A DNA stretch of 64,000 nucleotides. Source: Massalongia carnosa. Taxonomy: Eukaryota. Position numbers and translations under genes: made by a program. Location of the stretch: the NCBI GenBank assembly GCA_965645245.1, contig OZ287074.1, positions 1,426,001 to 1,490,000 of the forward strand, read 5' to 3'. Numbering within the stretch: the stretch's first letter is position 1; every line of letters begins with the position of its first letter. Below, in pieces: positions 12,673 to 25,032 of the stretch. The notes beneath the pieces were generated by a model. That model did no database searches and was not told where the DNA came from. It saw only the letters and a program-made list of their open reading frames with translations.

Positions 12673-12680
12673 GTAAACAA
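12673..12680. promoter_or_regulatory. Forkhead-type site GTAAACAA upstream of NUF2
   Basis: Exact match to the Fkh consensus about 90 bp upstream of the ATG of a mitotic gene. A short motif that could occur by chance. Confidence 0.35.
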
Positions 12681-12878
12681 ACGGTATTTCGCCCTAGTCC
12701 GTAAATAGCCCTAACTTACTTTGTTTCCCGAAGGAAAAATGCGAAATTCAAATTCAAAACTCAAAATCAAAAATCAAAAACCAATGACACAGCAACTCTA
12801 GCTGATTGGTTAGATAACGTTATCCCCTATCACTGCCTTTATGTATATGTACAAAGCATGTACGTGCGTGTGTAATAC

Positions 12879-13174
12879 TTAGGGCTAGGAAAAATACGTC
12901 AGTTGGGCCAACTGACACGTATTATACGTCACGTGCAGACTTGGACCCTGTCTTTTTGGTATAATATTACTTAAGCATGTCAAATTTATCTTTCTCATAG
13001 ATCAATACCTGAAATTACTAGACATTTCTACCTAATTTGAGGTACCTTCCTATTATCTCTATACATACATTGATCATGTCTCGACAATCTGGACATTCTG
13101 GCGGTCGACCGAAAAATGCATTGGTAGATGAGAATTTCGTTGATGTCATCATTGAAGGCATGAAATATTACTAA
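12879..13174 (+). mobile_element. Possible truncated left end of a DNA transposon (hAT-like)
   Basis: Begins TAGGGCT, followed by the near-perfect palindrome TACGTCAGTTGG-G-CCAACTGACACGTA and a short ORF MSRQSGHSGGRPKNALVDENFVDV that stops abruptly. No right end found. Confidence 0.25.
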
Positions 13175-13629
13175 TACTCTATACGACCCCAACTGCCGAC
13201 AGAAATTCCCCCATCCCCCATATCATCCTATCGATCTATCTACCTCCCTATTGTAGTTAGTTGAACCCATCACGTCTTCTCTTCCCTCGTTGTCGACGTA
13301 AAGAACTCTGTGAACTAGGCAGGCGCTTGCTTGGACTCTCCCAATCCATCCATAAACTCTCGTCAACCAATCAACCAACCACCCATTCAGTCTCTCAGTC
13401 ACTTCAATGTGACCGTTAAATAAAGGAAAATCTACCTATTTATCTCCATTCAAAACCGTAACACGTATCTATCTAGCTAGACAAGAAAGAAAGCCAATCA
13501 AAAATCAGAAACCCATTCTCCAAATCCCAAATCCTTTCTCTCCTCTCCTCCTCCCTAGTCACCAAAAAAATCCTATATTGAACGAAGCAAATTTTCAAAA
13601 ACCAAAATATATTGTAAAGAAATAATAAT

Positions 13630-13729
13630 AGGTCGTGCCCAGATTCGAACTGGGGTTGCCGGAAAATCTGACGCAAAGAGAAAATGCTCGGATCAAAATC
13701 CGGAGTGATAACCACTACACTACACAACC
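13630..13729 (-). tRNA. tRNA-Gln(UUG) with 28-nt intron (13665-13692)
   Basis: Minus strand: GGTTGTG acceptor stem, D arm TAGTGGTTA, anticodon stem CCGGA/TCCGG with loop TT-TTG-A, T arm CCCAG-TTCGAAT-CTGGG, 3' CACGACC-T. Confidence 0.95.
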
Positions 13730-14655
13730 ATTTACCATTGTTCATTTCTAAAACAGTTATATAAATCATTTAATATATATACATGCGTCCATGAGCAAAC
13801 CAAGATGAAACGAAATGAGAAGAGATCTTGTAGAATACTCAAAGGCGAGGTAGATGGATGGTGAGGAGATGATGAGAGAGGGACGGACAAGACACCATGG
13901 TAAAGGTTGGGAGTGGGTGAGTGAGAGAAAGGTGGAGGGAAGGGTGTCTTTTCCGACAAGACTGAAACCGTCCATGATAGCGACATAACAAAACGAAGCC
14001 GCAAAGCAAGTACAGGAACCAATGTACCCGAAGCCATCAATTCCACCGTTCAGGATATCCTACGGCGATAATGTATGTAATATAGCTTGTCGAGTCTTCT
14101 CTGTATGTGTGCAACTATATGTGTATACGATTACGAGAATGACAATCGCCGAATCGCCGTGTTATATGGTTCAAACCCACAAACGAATGACACCGACAAC
14201 ACATCTTACCTCGTAAACGCGATCCAGGCAAACAACGAGTGACAGGGAGCCGTTTCCCTTGCGAGTAACCAAATTCCAACCTCCACTCTTCCGTCCAAAT
14301 TCCTAATCACCCCAACCAAAAACCTACCCCCCCCCTCTCCATCCACTAATATCAACATGTTGAAGCCCAAAAGATCCACGAGCAGTATCAACCGGCATCT
14401 GAATGATACTTGCCGATCCTTCGCAATGAGTTAATCTCCGCCTGCTCCTCTTTGCCCACCTTCGCCCGGGTGGCGGCTGCGACAGCACTCGCACGGCATC
14501 AGCCAGGTGAGCGAGGCGGACTAAGGGGGAGTATGGTGGACGTTGTTATTCAACGATTTCTTCGCCAAGGCGAAGTTCCTTGTAGAGTGCGGGTGGAAGG
14601 AGAGTGCCAGGGCCTTCGGTGATGCTTGCTTTTAGGTTGAGGCCAACCTTCGCCG

Positions 14656-14817
14656 TCAAGGAGGGCGGTGATTTTCTCCAAGCGTGTCGGATGCTTCGGT
14701 TTGGCCTTCTGTGAAGGATTGTGAGATGTCACCGGTACTTTGGATGGCGGACGGGACGGCGGAGGTGAGGGCAACGAGGGCTGTAGAGAGGGCGAGGATA
14801 GCGGTCTGGGGATGCAT
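14656..14817 (-). CDS. Small secreted peptide, or 5' part of a decayed secreted-protein gene
   Basis: MHPQTAILALSTALVALTSA|VPSAIQSTGDISQSFTEGQTEASDTLGENHRPP*: a clear signal peptide, 53 aa, below the ORF-track cut-off. Confidence 0.4.
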   Translation of the reverse strand: MHPQTAILALSTALVALTSAVPSAIQSTGDISQSFTEGQTEASDTLGENHRPP

Positions 14818-16044
14818 AATGTACTAGCCAATGATCTTGCATTGAGATGGAGGAGCTGCTTGCCTAGGCTGGTGTCTTCCTAATTTGCGCTGAAGTGGTG
14901 AAGCTGTGGGGAGGGAGAGAACGATGGCAGGCCTAATGTTATTATACTTTCCTTATTGGCATCGCTGGCGAGGAAAAACCTCGATTTTCAGTTCTTTTCT
15001 GCTTTCTGAAACCTTCTTGAGCTAGCTCGCTCATCGCGTTGATTTGACCCAAAGAGATGAAGTAGGCGTAAATCAGATAATATTTTTTTTTAAAGAGACG
15101 CAAGAACCACTGACTACCTTGTCATAAAAGCTAGCGTAGACGGTTCTTCCAATGCAGCAGCTGCAGTAAGTAGAGATCTAGATCGTGGTTGATGAGATGG
15201 TAACAGCGGAATTGGGATATAAATCTCCTGTTGTGTGTCAATGATCGGGACGAATATGTAGATGTATGTAGAAGGGAAAGAGGCTTGCCTAGAAGTAGCC
15301 GATTTCGCCCGTTGTTATATTTAAGAAGCGGCTTAGTTGTGAATTGATGAACGGCCTAGACGTTCATATCAGGCGGGTTATCGTAAATTTCATCCAAGAT
15401 ATTTTCTACCATCTAGAATGAGAGATGGCCGATAGCAAGGCTTCATTGGGTACGTACCTGATCCAACACAACCGGTGTTACAGATCCAGTGAATCCAATC
15501 GCAGCGTCTGACGGAGGAACCGATCCCCTGGAATTTAGATCTCGTTCCCAAATCCCCATATTCATTCCATCGGAACAAAAGCATCTTACCATGGGGTTGG
15601 GATCTAACCCAGACCTTTGGTGCGGGTGAGATGTCAGACGCACAAGTGGGTAACCGAGAGACATTTGGACCGTTGGGGGCCAAGCCCAAAAGTATCACTT
15701 TGAACGAACGAGGCATCGAATAGACCTCTCGTATAGTTTTGTGAATAACTAGTTATAATACTAAGGGACGTTACAGATGATATAAGTAATGAGAAAAATG
15801 GTGGCTGAAGGAAAGAATGTAGGGGGCCCTTAAAGAGACCACGGATCAAGCGGAATCGAAGTAGGAAATCCGTTGCACATCAGCCGAAACGTCTCAGCTC
15901 CGGGGAGGGGGTGATAGAAATCATAAAGGTGCATTCGTAGGAGGTCGTTAGCAAATCCATTACCGAAAAAGAAACCCGAAGCAAATCCCTCGCGCCGCAG
16001 CTCTTCCATCTTTCCCATTCCTCACGGAAACCTCTCTTGCTCGG

Positions 16045-17288
16045 TCAAGCAGCTGAAGCGGAAGCCTGAGGGGTAATGACAATCGCTTTCATCTTTTCCT
16101 CAATGCTCTTGATGGCAGCTTCGTCCAGAGGCTCCATCTCCTGCACCGGGGGCTCACGACTACAGTCGTCGCAGCGTTCATGAGAGCAACTCCTGCACTT
16201 CATCTCCGTATCTTTGAAAATCGTATGGCACGAGTGGCAAGTCCACCGTACGTGAGTCCTGATGTTCCGTAGCTCACGCCTGGCCAGAGGGAATGTCTCC
16301 TCCGTATCACCTGGGTATCCATCGGGGTATTTGTCAAGCTTGGGTCTACATGTTGTCAGCGTGGAACAGGCAAAGAAGTCTGGAGACGTACGGTTCACGA
16401 GGACATTTCGGGCACCGCAAATGCTTGCAAGACTCGCACTGCTGAGCTTTGCCGGCGAATATGGTGTCACACTTATGGCAGGTCCTGCGTACCCTTTGTA
16501 CCGGTGTCCGGCGATTTAGCTCTTTCCCCGTTGCACGGGAAGGCATCGTAAGAGGAATCAGAATTTTGCCCTTGGCATCATCATCGGCAACGATAATTGG
16601 GGCTCCAGAGGATACCCCCTTGTCCTTGGAAACCTTGGGTTTCTTGGTCGGGTACCGGGGGCATTTCTTGCAGCGCGTGTGCTGGCAGTTGTTGCAGAGT
16701 TTCTCCGCCCCGAACATGGTGGAACATCGATGGCACGTCCGATGCACACGTAGACGGATTTTCTTCTCGATCCTTTCGGCATCACCCCGGACTGGTGGTG
16801 TCCACTCCCCCGGCTCCAGCGTAAGGCCATATTTGGCAAACAGAACCCGAGCCTTTTCTTCCTGCATCGCACTACTCGCGGCAGCGGTGGTCGCCATCCT
16901 CGGTTGGGTGGTCTTGATGCTCGGCTTGATGTCTTTGATGGACTGCTGAAGAGCTGCCGAAACTGATGGAGCGGTGGGAGCTTCTTCCTTTACAGGTATG
17001 GCTATTGGAGCTGGGGTGGGACTGCTGGCATATACATGTTAGCGACAGGCCCTTATGCAATGACTTATGGGACCATGCTACGTACCTGCTTAATGGTGCT
17101 GGTGCAGGTGCTGGTGCAGACGACGCAATGGCCGGAGAAAGGAGCGGTGCACCCTCGGAAATGCTGGAGACAGACCCTTTACTCGAGCTCCCTCTCTTTA
17201 AGACTTTGCTGGCCCTCCTCATAAACTTGGAAAATCCCTGCGGCTTCTCTTCTGGACCGCCCGATCCTCCCTGGGCTGATGAACTCAT
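16045..17288 (-). CDS. Hypothetical protein with three tandem CxxC-x9/10-CxxCxHxRCxxC zinc-binding repeats; 2 introns
   Basis: Repeats RVHRTCHRC..CNNCQHTRCKKCPRYP, RVRRTCHKC..CESCKHLRCPKCPREP and HVRWTCHSC..CRSCSHERCDDCSREP, joined in frame by introns with GTACGT donors. Confidence 0.8.
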
Positions 17289-17959
17289 CGTGAATACTTA
17301 CGTATGGATTGAGCCGTAATCGACGAAATTCAACAGCGAATCTAAGAAAACTTTCCGACAGCGACTCACGAGCCTGAAAAGCGATTGACCCTGAGGCAAA
17401 CGTAGATTGTCGATGAGGTTGTCAATGTCTCCGTAACACTGTGGCGCAATTGCTAACAAAGTCGGAGAGCAGTAGAGAATCTTGCGAGCCAAATCTCTAC
17501 ACAGACAGGTATGGGCACGTCCTAGTCAGTTGGATATATTGAGATTGATGATATAGGTCGTGAGGTCTTGTCCCACGCGTAACGTTTTCACGAGTGAACG
17601 AAATGGAAGTGCGAAAGAGGATTGCCGGAAGTTGAATTTCCCAGTTTCAAGACAAAATGATCATCCAATTGATTTCGGGTGGGCGGCCATGAATAGGGAG
17701 ATATATTGTATTACACACTCGTTGTTGAGCGCGTGATGTGGCAACGAAAGTTGGATATTTGTATTGTCCGGGAGTTATGAGGAAAGCCTGACTGGGGGTG
17801 AGGGGTTGAAGGTTGGAGTATTTTTTTTCGAGGTCTTGGATTGCGAGAGGGGAGGAGGGAGGGGAAGTGAACGGGGAAGGGGAGATTTGGGTTGGGGGGG
17901 AGGCACTAAGGCTCAGCACAAAACGGGAAAAGCAGTTAGTCCACATTAGTTTAGGATTT

Positions 17960-18040
17960 AGTTAGGGCTTGTTGAAGGATAGTTAGGGCTTGTTGAAAGG
18001 ATATAGTTAGGGCTTGTTGAAAGGATAGTTAGGGCTTGCT
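17960..18040 (+). repeat. Tandem repeat, 4 units of 21-24 bp, each containing TTAGGGCT
   Basis: AGTTAGGGCTTGTTGA(A)AGGAT(AT) units, with TTAGGG at 17962, 17983, 18007 and 18029. Confidence 0.85.
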
Positions 18041-21000
18041 GGGATGTTGAGGGGGTTTGCGACGGAAGGCTAAGAAGACTAAGAAGGCTAAGGCTAAGAA
18101 GGCTGCGGTGGAAGACTTTCACGGTAGGAGCGAACCGTCCACTCACGACGCAGCGTTTCATTTCGCTTCAGGAAACCGCCAAGCAAAGGATTCTCCCTAG
18201 CGGTACTTTTGTACGGTAATCGGTAACCGGTATTCCATCCCGTACCCGCTCGGTAGGAATGGTACTCAATGAAAAGGCTCCAAACGAATCCCACATTCCA
18301 CATTCCACATTTTCCCACCTTTAAGACGTCCTCTTGCCCCTCCTGAGTGGTGTCGCTTAGAGCCAAGTCACCATCAATGCCCTCACAGTGACCCCTATGT
18401 GCAGCTCAACATGTCAGTCGAGCGGCACAGGTCGATACCCACATCGCTTAGGCCCGTCCGACGGGCGTATGTGGTGAGATCACGTATCCTGTTCTCTCCA
18501 AGGTGGTGCAGAGATGGGACTGCATGGATGCTCGGAACTCGGAACTCGGATTTCGATGGCAAAGTTGAGAAACTTCATTTTTGGTGCTTTTTGGGGGTAC
18601 AGAGGATCGGGCAGAGGAACGGTGGTGCTGTGGAATGTTACCCAAGTATCGAGTGCGTTCGTTGGACAGTGTAACCGAGTACACACAGAGGAAAAGGACT
18701 GACTAGCACATGCAAGCCTCCCACTTTTTCGACCGTCTCCCCCCGACCCCGCATACAGGCAATAGATACCAAGGCTCTTCGTAGTCAAATATCCCAATTG
18801 CACATTCGTCGGAGCCTTCGGAGGATGACTGACTACTGTGCGATCGCAGCACATCTCCCAGTTCCGCTGCCCGCATGAAAGTCACCCGAGCGGCCCTTGT
18901 TCCCTACGCCCGCCAGCCAGCGCGCGTTCCATGAACGCAACAAGGGTCCTTTCATATCCCAGGGCCAAAAGTGCAAGCTAGCCACACTCGTATCCTTACG
19001 CCCGGCTTCGCCTGGATACAAAGTACAAATACGGATAGTGTGTCGAGGAAAGTGCAGACCCTGAGCATTGGGAGGTGCACTTGTACGAGCTTGCGTGACA
19101 CCGTATCTCCCTGTTGGGTGCGCCCATGAACAAGATCAAGTTTCGAGGACATTCATCAAATAAATTAAGCGTCAATGACGCAGAATGCAGAATCTGAGAT
19201 ACATATTTAGTAACTCAGCAATAGATTCAGCCATAGGACCACACAATCATCTAGACGTTGCTAACCCCCTAATGTAGCCTGAACCACGTTGAGCCGCAGT
19301 AGGCAGGACATGAGGATTTTCTTTCTGCAAACAAGGCTTGGTGTTTTGAGGACGAATGCCTAATCTGTTCACCGTTAGGCGGCAGCGGTTGTGAATGTTA
19401 AAGCTTGATTTTTACGGTGTTTGTGACGGTGGAATCCGACGAAATGGTGATCTATTCGTGATGTTTTGTGGTTTTTTTTTGGCACGATTCATGCTCCATC
19501 ATATTCATGTTCGTTGCCAGAATCTATCCTTTATTTCCATTCCTATCGTTATATTTCGTCAAGTAACCCAATTAACTACAAGAAGAATGACTGAGTATGC
19601 CTTAGACTTTGCTGTCAATACCTTCCATCTTCCTTTCCCAGCGGTGGGGTCCTACCTGCAAGCTCACAGAACATGCGCTCTTGTTCTGGGCTTGCCTGCG
19701 GAGCTATCAACCCTGATCTTTTCTTTTCTCTCGCCTGCAGCATTGAATGCTTCGTTAGTTTATATCTCGAAAATGGAGATTGACGATTATGAGTGATACT
19801 TGGGTCTTATCATTGGTGCTTGAGGGATCACCTACCTTCAAGAGTTCAGCAGAACAGGAGACTCGTGAAGGTATGCATCAGAGACCTCTTAGAAAACTCG
19901 ACTCCGAAAGCTCTCTGGCTACAACGGGGTTGCATTCAGATGTCTGGCGCACCCGTTTCCAGGAAAGTCAAACCGAATTCTTTATCTCTCAGCCTTGCGT
20001 GCATCAGCACTTCAGCGTACAACGCGATTGTCTCGTCTGCAAAAGTGTGCGATTCAACGGATTCAAGGTTTTTGTGATAACAGATAGAACGGCAAGTTAT
20101 GCCCTGGCAGACCGCATCCACACACTAGTTTTTTTACCGCTTGAGCGTTTGTGGTCCATTTGTTTACGTTGGCTCTGTTGAACACTCCAAATCTCAACCT
20201 CCGTCTCCTATTCCGAGAATGCGAGTGGTGGTGGGAGACTCGCTTTAGTCGATCCTGGGCCCTCAAATTCGATTTTGGGAATAGTGCCATGTCTTATCTA
20301 GTGTGATGTCGCAAATCTTTTGCTAAAGATGACGTCGGGTTTGATTTGCTGACATTGAGATCTCCTAGAGAACCAAACCCAGCAACGACGGACTCCTTTC
20401 CGAGTCGGCTAATCGAGGAATCAGCCCCTACGCTAGATGATAAAGATCCATCATGGGCCTTTCTGGCCAGTCTCCCGAATCCAGTGGTGAGTTGGTGTTC
20501 TATAAGCTGAAGTTGGGTCGTAGGCTCCTACTCAAGGCTGGAGCATGCCAGATAACCCACACGCGCAAAAACTGATGATTGCTAAAAACACCAAGTCTTA
20601 CGGCATATTTGTGCTCAGAGTCAGCTATACGGTTCATGGAGGCACGATGTATAACCACGATCACGGGGATACGATATATCTCGACAAGCTAGACGAAGCT
20701 GACACACTTCTCCAAATCATAGCGCTTTTCACTTCTTCCCAAAAGGGCATGGTCTTTAGAAATGTTGCTGTGGCGTCACAAGTGGGTTCTGCTTTCCACG
20801 CTTTTGATCGTGGTGGCTTGGCAACCCCCTTTGAGTGATTCTCAGCGATCAGTATTGTACCTATATCGAATTAGAATCGACCCGAGCTGCATGCCTCCCA
20901 GATACATGGCGCAAGACCGCCGCTAGCACGGCGTGCGTCCCCAACCCCATTCCGTGGGCACTCTCTTTCCATCTGCGTGGTCTTGGCTGTCAAGACTAAG

Positions 21001-23131
21001 CTTGAGCCCGAAATCAAAATCGAAAGCGACCACCCAAAGTGATGATGCCGCACGAGGGGGGTCCATTGAGCGTCATGATCCGCCCGCGCGGCCGGAGGCG
21101 CTAACAAGGCAAGCGAGCATTTCCAAAAGCGGAGTCGCTAGCTAAAGGCGCGCGGAATGTGCGACAATATGGTTGTCACCGTGTGGTCGAGCGCGCGGTG
21201 TTCTCTCAGGGCCGAACGGTAAGGAAACCGGACGGATGGAGGGATTTGTGAGGGAAAATAGGATTGGTGGATACGGAGATGAAAGAACCCGGCGGGGTTC
21301 CGTCAATCGTTAATCCTTCAGCCCGAGACATGTTGCATGCATTTCGCATCTGGGCAGGAAGGTGGTTGGTAGTAGATGAGTCCGTGACTAATTGGTGAGC
21401 CGATCCTTTTTTTCTTTCTTTTCTGAAATTATTCGTCCCGTTATAATCCTACAATCACCATTCTCTTAAAGTCGGACGGAACGGAACGGAACGGAGTGGA
21501 GTGCATGCAGTTAGTTAGATAGGTGCGATCGATGCTGGAAAGCTGGCGGATTCCCACCCCCCCCGAGACACATACGAAAGAAAGGCTGGATGATTCCCCC
21601 CCCCCACACACACATCTCCCGCATTTATGTACATACATAGGTGTGTATTTGGATATCTGGGATAGGTCATATATAAGTAGGTAGGTAGGTATGTATTTGT
21701 GATTTATGGATGAGTATGTAGAAGAAGCCTTTTTCTTTTTCTTTTCTCTTTTGGGGGGGGAAGGGGGAGGAGATCCATTCGTCCCTCCAAGAAAGAAATT
21801 TGGAAAAAACGCTGATCTTCAAACCCCCCAAATTTTCGCATTTTGGAACCGAGCCCCTTCTTCCTCTCCTTCTCTACTTCTGTTTATATTTATCTATCCC
21901 TTTCCCCCCCTCACATTTTCTCCCCCCAACCAGAAAATGGACCGTTCGAGGTTCTAGCCCGCCCCTGCTAGTTAGCTGGGAAAGGGATAAAGGAAGAAAA
22001 GAGCCAGACTTCTCGTTTGTCCCCCTTTTGTACGCTTATCTGTCTATCTATCCATCCTTACCTATGCGTTCAGCGGAGAACTTTGTCTTCTTCTTCTTCA
22101 ATCTTTCCCATTGGTTGCAATCCCCAGCGCATGTTCGGCTGAGTTATTTATACTCTCTCTCTCTGTCTCGTTTTCGTCGTTGTTATCTTTCCCGTTCTCA
22201 TTATGTATATCTTTTATATACATATAATAGAGCAAAGTGATCTCCATTCCCCGTTCTCTCTTGTTTTTTTCGCATGCTTCTTCTTCCTCTTCTTTCTTGG
22301 TATTATATTGTATTTTTCAATTTCGTTTCTTCGTCTTTCCTGCCTTCTCGGCCTAATTGTCAGCTAACTGAATACCTAACCAAGAACTCCCCCCCCTCAA
22401 CACACACAGTTATATTATTGGGGGGCAACTCTTTTCCTTTGGGCGGGAGGGGAGGAGGGGATTTAGGGAAGAGGGAGAGAGGGGATTGATATGTTTTGGG
22501 GGAGGCGGAGGTGGAGGAAGGATGGGGTTGGGTTTGGTTGGGTTTGATAAAAACCATCGATTACTTATCCATTCGTTCGTTCGTTCGTTTGTTCATGGTA
22601 CATACGCGCGATGAGAGGTTCAGGTAGATATGTAAGGGTGTGTGTAAATAGGAGCGGATAGACGGACGGATGGATGGAGAGGATGAAGGGGGGGGGAGGG
22701 GGGGTCGTTGGATAGAGCGCAGGCGGTGGGAATGGGAATGGACGGATGGATGGTGATAGGGGGAAAGGGGGTAGGGAGGGGTGGGGAGCGGGGAACAGGG
22801 AAGGGAAAGAGAAAATGGAACAAGACGGCTGTTGGGTGGGAAGTCTGTCGCACGTGTAGCTAGGCTTAAAAGCAATCGAGGCATGCCTAAATTTCTGATG
22901 CAAGTGTCACTGAGAACGTGGCTCGGTGTCGGGAAACAAGCTGTATATTAATCCGAAGCCTCGAAGATGGGTACTGAGCCTTTAAAACTGGGCGCTTGTC
23001 CCTAATCGTGCCGACTGAGTCATGCAGAACTACCACGGCTCCCTGTTGGTTGCCCAAAAGAAGATGCGAAGCCAAGGTGACAGTTTCCCCGGAGGACTTC
23101 TGGCGCGACGGCGAGGATCATTCTGTGGTTG

Positions 23132-23872
23132 TCAAATCAGACGGGTCTGCGCCGAGCCCGACGCTTCCCCCTGACCGGGCCCATGCTCAGAGCCGTTGAC
23201 CGACGCGCCATCGCGCATCACCCCTGCAGGTCCGCTCGTGGGGTTGGGTTGCGACGACGATGACGGCAGCCCACGTTTTGGGTCTGCATCGGTAAAGGAG
23301 GGCGGAACGAACGGTCGGTACGAGTTCGGGTCGTTTTCTTCTGCGTTCTTCCTCAGAGCTTTGTACATTGTGAAAATCACCTCGACCTCGTGGTCCAAGT
23401 CCAACTTGCAATCCGGGCGGCAAAATTGGCGTTCCGTTTCCTCGATGCGTTCCCGAACCCCGCGGGACTCGTTGGCGTACTGAAGCAGGCGGTTAGGCAG
23501 CCCTTGGCCCTTGAGATAGGTCATCACGCCGGCGATGACGGTATTGACGGAGCCCAGGATGGTGATGGCGAGATGGGAGGCGTTCGCGGCGCCGAGGGCG
23601 GTCAACGCTGCGGCCACAACGATTTGGAGCAGGAGGCATGAGTTGATCAAGGAGGCGCTAGCGTAGTATCCGACCCTACAGTTTCGTTCCGCATCCACAA
23701 GCCGTTTGTACGTGCCTTTGTTTTTGGCTGGGCGTTTGGAGCCGTCGGGCAGGGAATTAATCCCGACCAAGTCACGAAATACCTTGAGCTTGTCCTGCTC
23801 GTTGGATTTCTTGCCTATCACCGGCGTCGGTGGCCTGGCTTCACCTTGTTCAAGGTCTGCGTCGTGGCTCAT
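23132..23872 (-). CDS. SLATT_fungal (SMODS- and SLOG-associating 2TM effector domain) protein
   Basis: Y..LV..E...R..Y...SLINSCLLLQIVVAAALTALGA (TM1), AITILGSVNTVIAGVMTYLKGQGLPNRL (TM2 plus the family signature), then a helical segment; intronless, 246 aa. Confidence 0.8.
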   Translation of the reverse strand: MSHDADLEQGEARPPTPVIGKKSNEQDKLKVFRDLVGINSLPDGSKRPAKNKGTYKRLVDAERNCRVGYYASASLINSCLLLQIVVAAALTALGAANASHLAITILGSVNTVIAGVMTYLKGQGLPNRLLQYANESRGVRERIEETERQFCRPDCKLDLDHEVEVIFTMYKALRKNAEENDPNSYRPFVPPSFTDADPKRGLPSSSSQPNPTSGPAGVMRDGASVNGSEHGPGQGEASGSAQTRLI

Positions 23873-25032
23873 GATTGTTGGAGTTGGGAAAAGAGAAAAG
23901 AGAAAGAGAAAACTCGCGGGTCAAGTAACTACAGGCGGTGAGAGGAGATGCAGAGCGGAGAAAGAGGAGAGGAGGGGAGAATGTAAATAGAAGAAGCTGC
24001 ATGGCCGTGCAGTTACATTTGCAGAAGCCCATCAGCCCCAGGATCTCGAACGAGCCAATCATTGTCTTGTGCTGCCAGAACGCAATCTTGTCGGCTCGCA
24101 AGAAACGGATGAGGAGTTGTGTTTCTTGCCTCTTGCCATGGAGCAGTCAGTGACCTGACCGAGGCAAGTGAAACGGGGATGATGCGAGTGTGCGGCTCAG
24201 TGGTCCTGGCGTTTGCACTGGCGGGTCCTGATGCAATAGAGAATATTGCCGTGACGTTAGCTATAGCGTAGGATGCGGGATGGCCTGCGATGAGATGTGT
24301 ATCAGAGTAATGGAATTCACGACACTCTCAGCCTACCAGGAACGGAACAGGAACTATAGACCAAAACACCTTTAATTGAACCATTTAACCTTCTTCCTCC
24401 TGACAGAAAACCATCCAACTAAAGAGAGCTACTCGTATTTAACATTCAGTACAGACTGGGACTCATCATACCGGCAAAGTGGTCAAAGCAAAAGGATGAC
24501 CATGAAGATGAGAGGCTCGCCATGTACAGAGTTATGGGTCCATCTCTTCTCAAATCTCCACCTGATTTGCGCGATATGACAGAAGGAGTCGCGTTGGAAC
24601 ATTCACACATTGTGCCATCATCCTGACGCCCCCGGGTCGAGGTACGAACTACAGAGTACCCCCAAGGCTGAAGGAATGATAGGGCCTCTTGGCTCATGCG
24701 CGGGGCAGGCACCATGGTGCCCCAGTGGTTCCAGCCTCGACAAGCTACGAATCACAGTATCTACTAACAAATAGCTTCCTCGACGATGACAGGCTCGAAC
24801 AGGCTCGGCAGGCTCGACACGCCACGATGCCAGAAACTGAAGCTAAACAATCCTGCAGCCTAGAACAAGGCAGCTTGAGTCGCTCGTTTACGCTGTATAT
24901 CATAACCGTAAGGGCCTGCTGTTGTTCTCTTCAATCTATGAATTCGAGAAACTGAACGGGTTGAACAACTCGAATCACTCAATGTGAACACACAACTCCG
25001 GCCAACTTCATTCCACATACAACAGCGGAGAT

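Noticed and set aside
17960..18040. CRISPR-like array or telomerase RNA template
   Set aside because: Units are head-to-tail with no unique spacers, the context is eukaryotic, and there is no TAACCCTAA template.
19395..20838. Several 90-130-aa ORFs in the long intergenic interval
   Set aside because: No recognisable motifs or consistent splice structure. They may be a decayed gene but this cannot be supported.
22341..22370. U2 snRNA 5'-like CTTCTCGGCCT
   Set aside because: The match stops after about 11 nt and there is no GTGTAGTA branch-recognition sequence.
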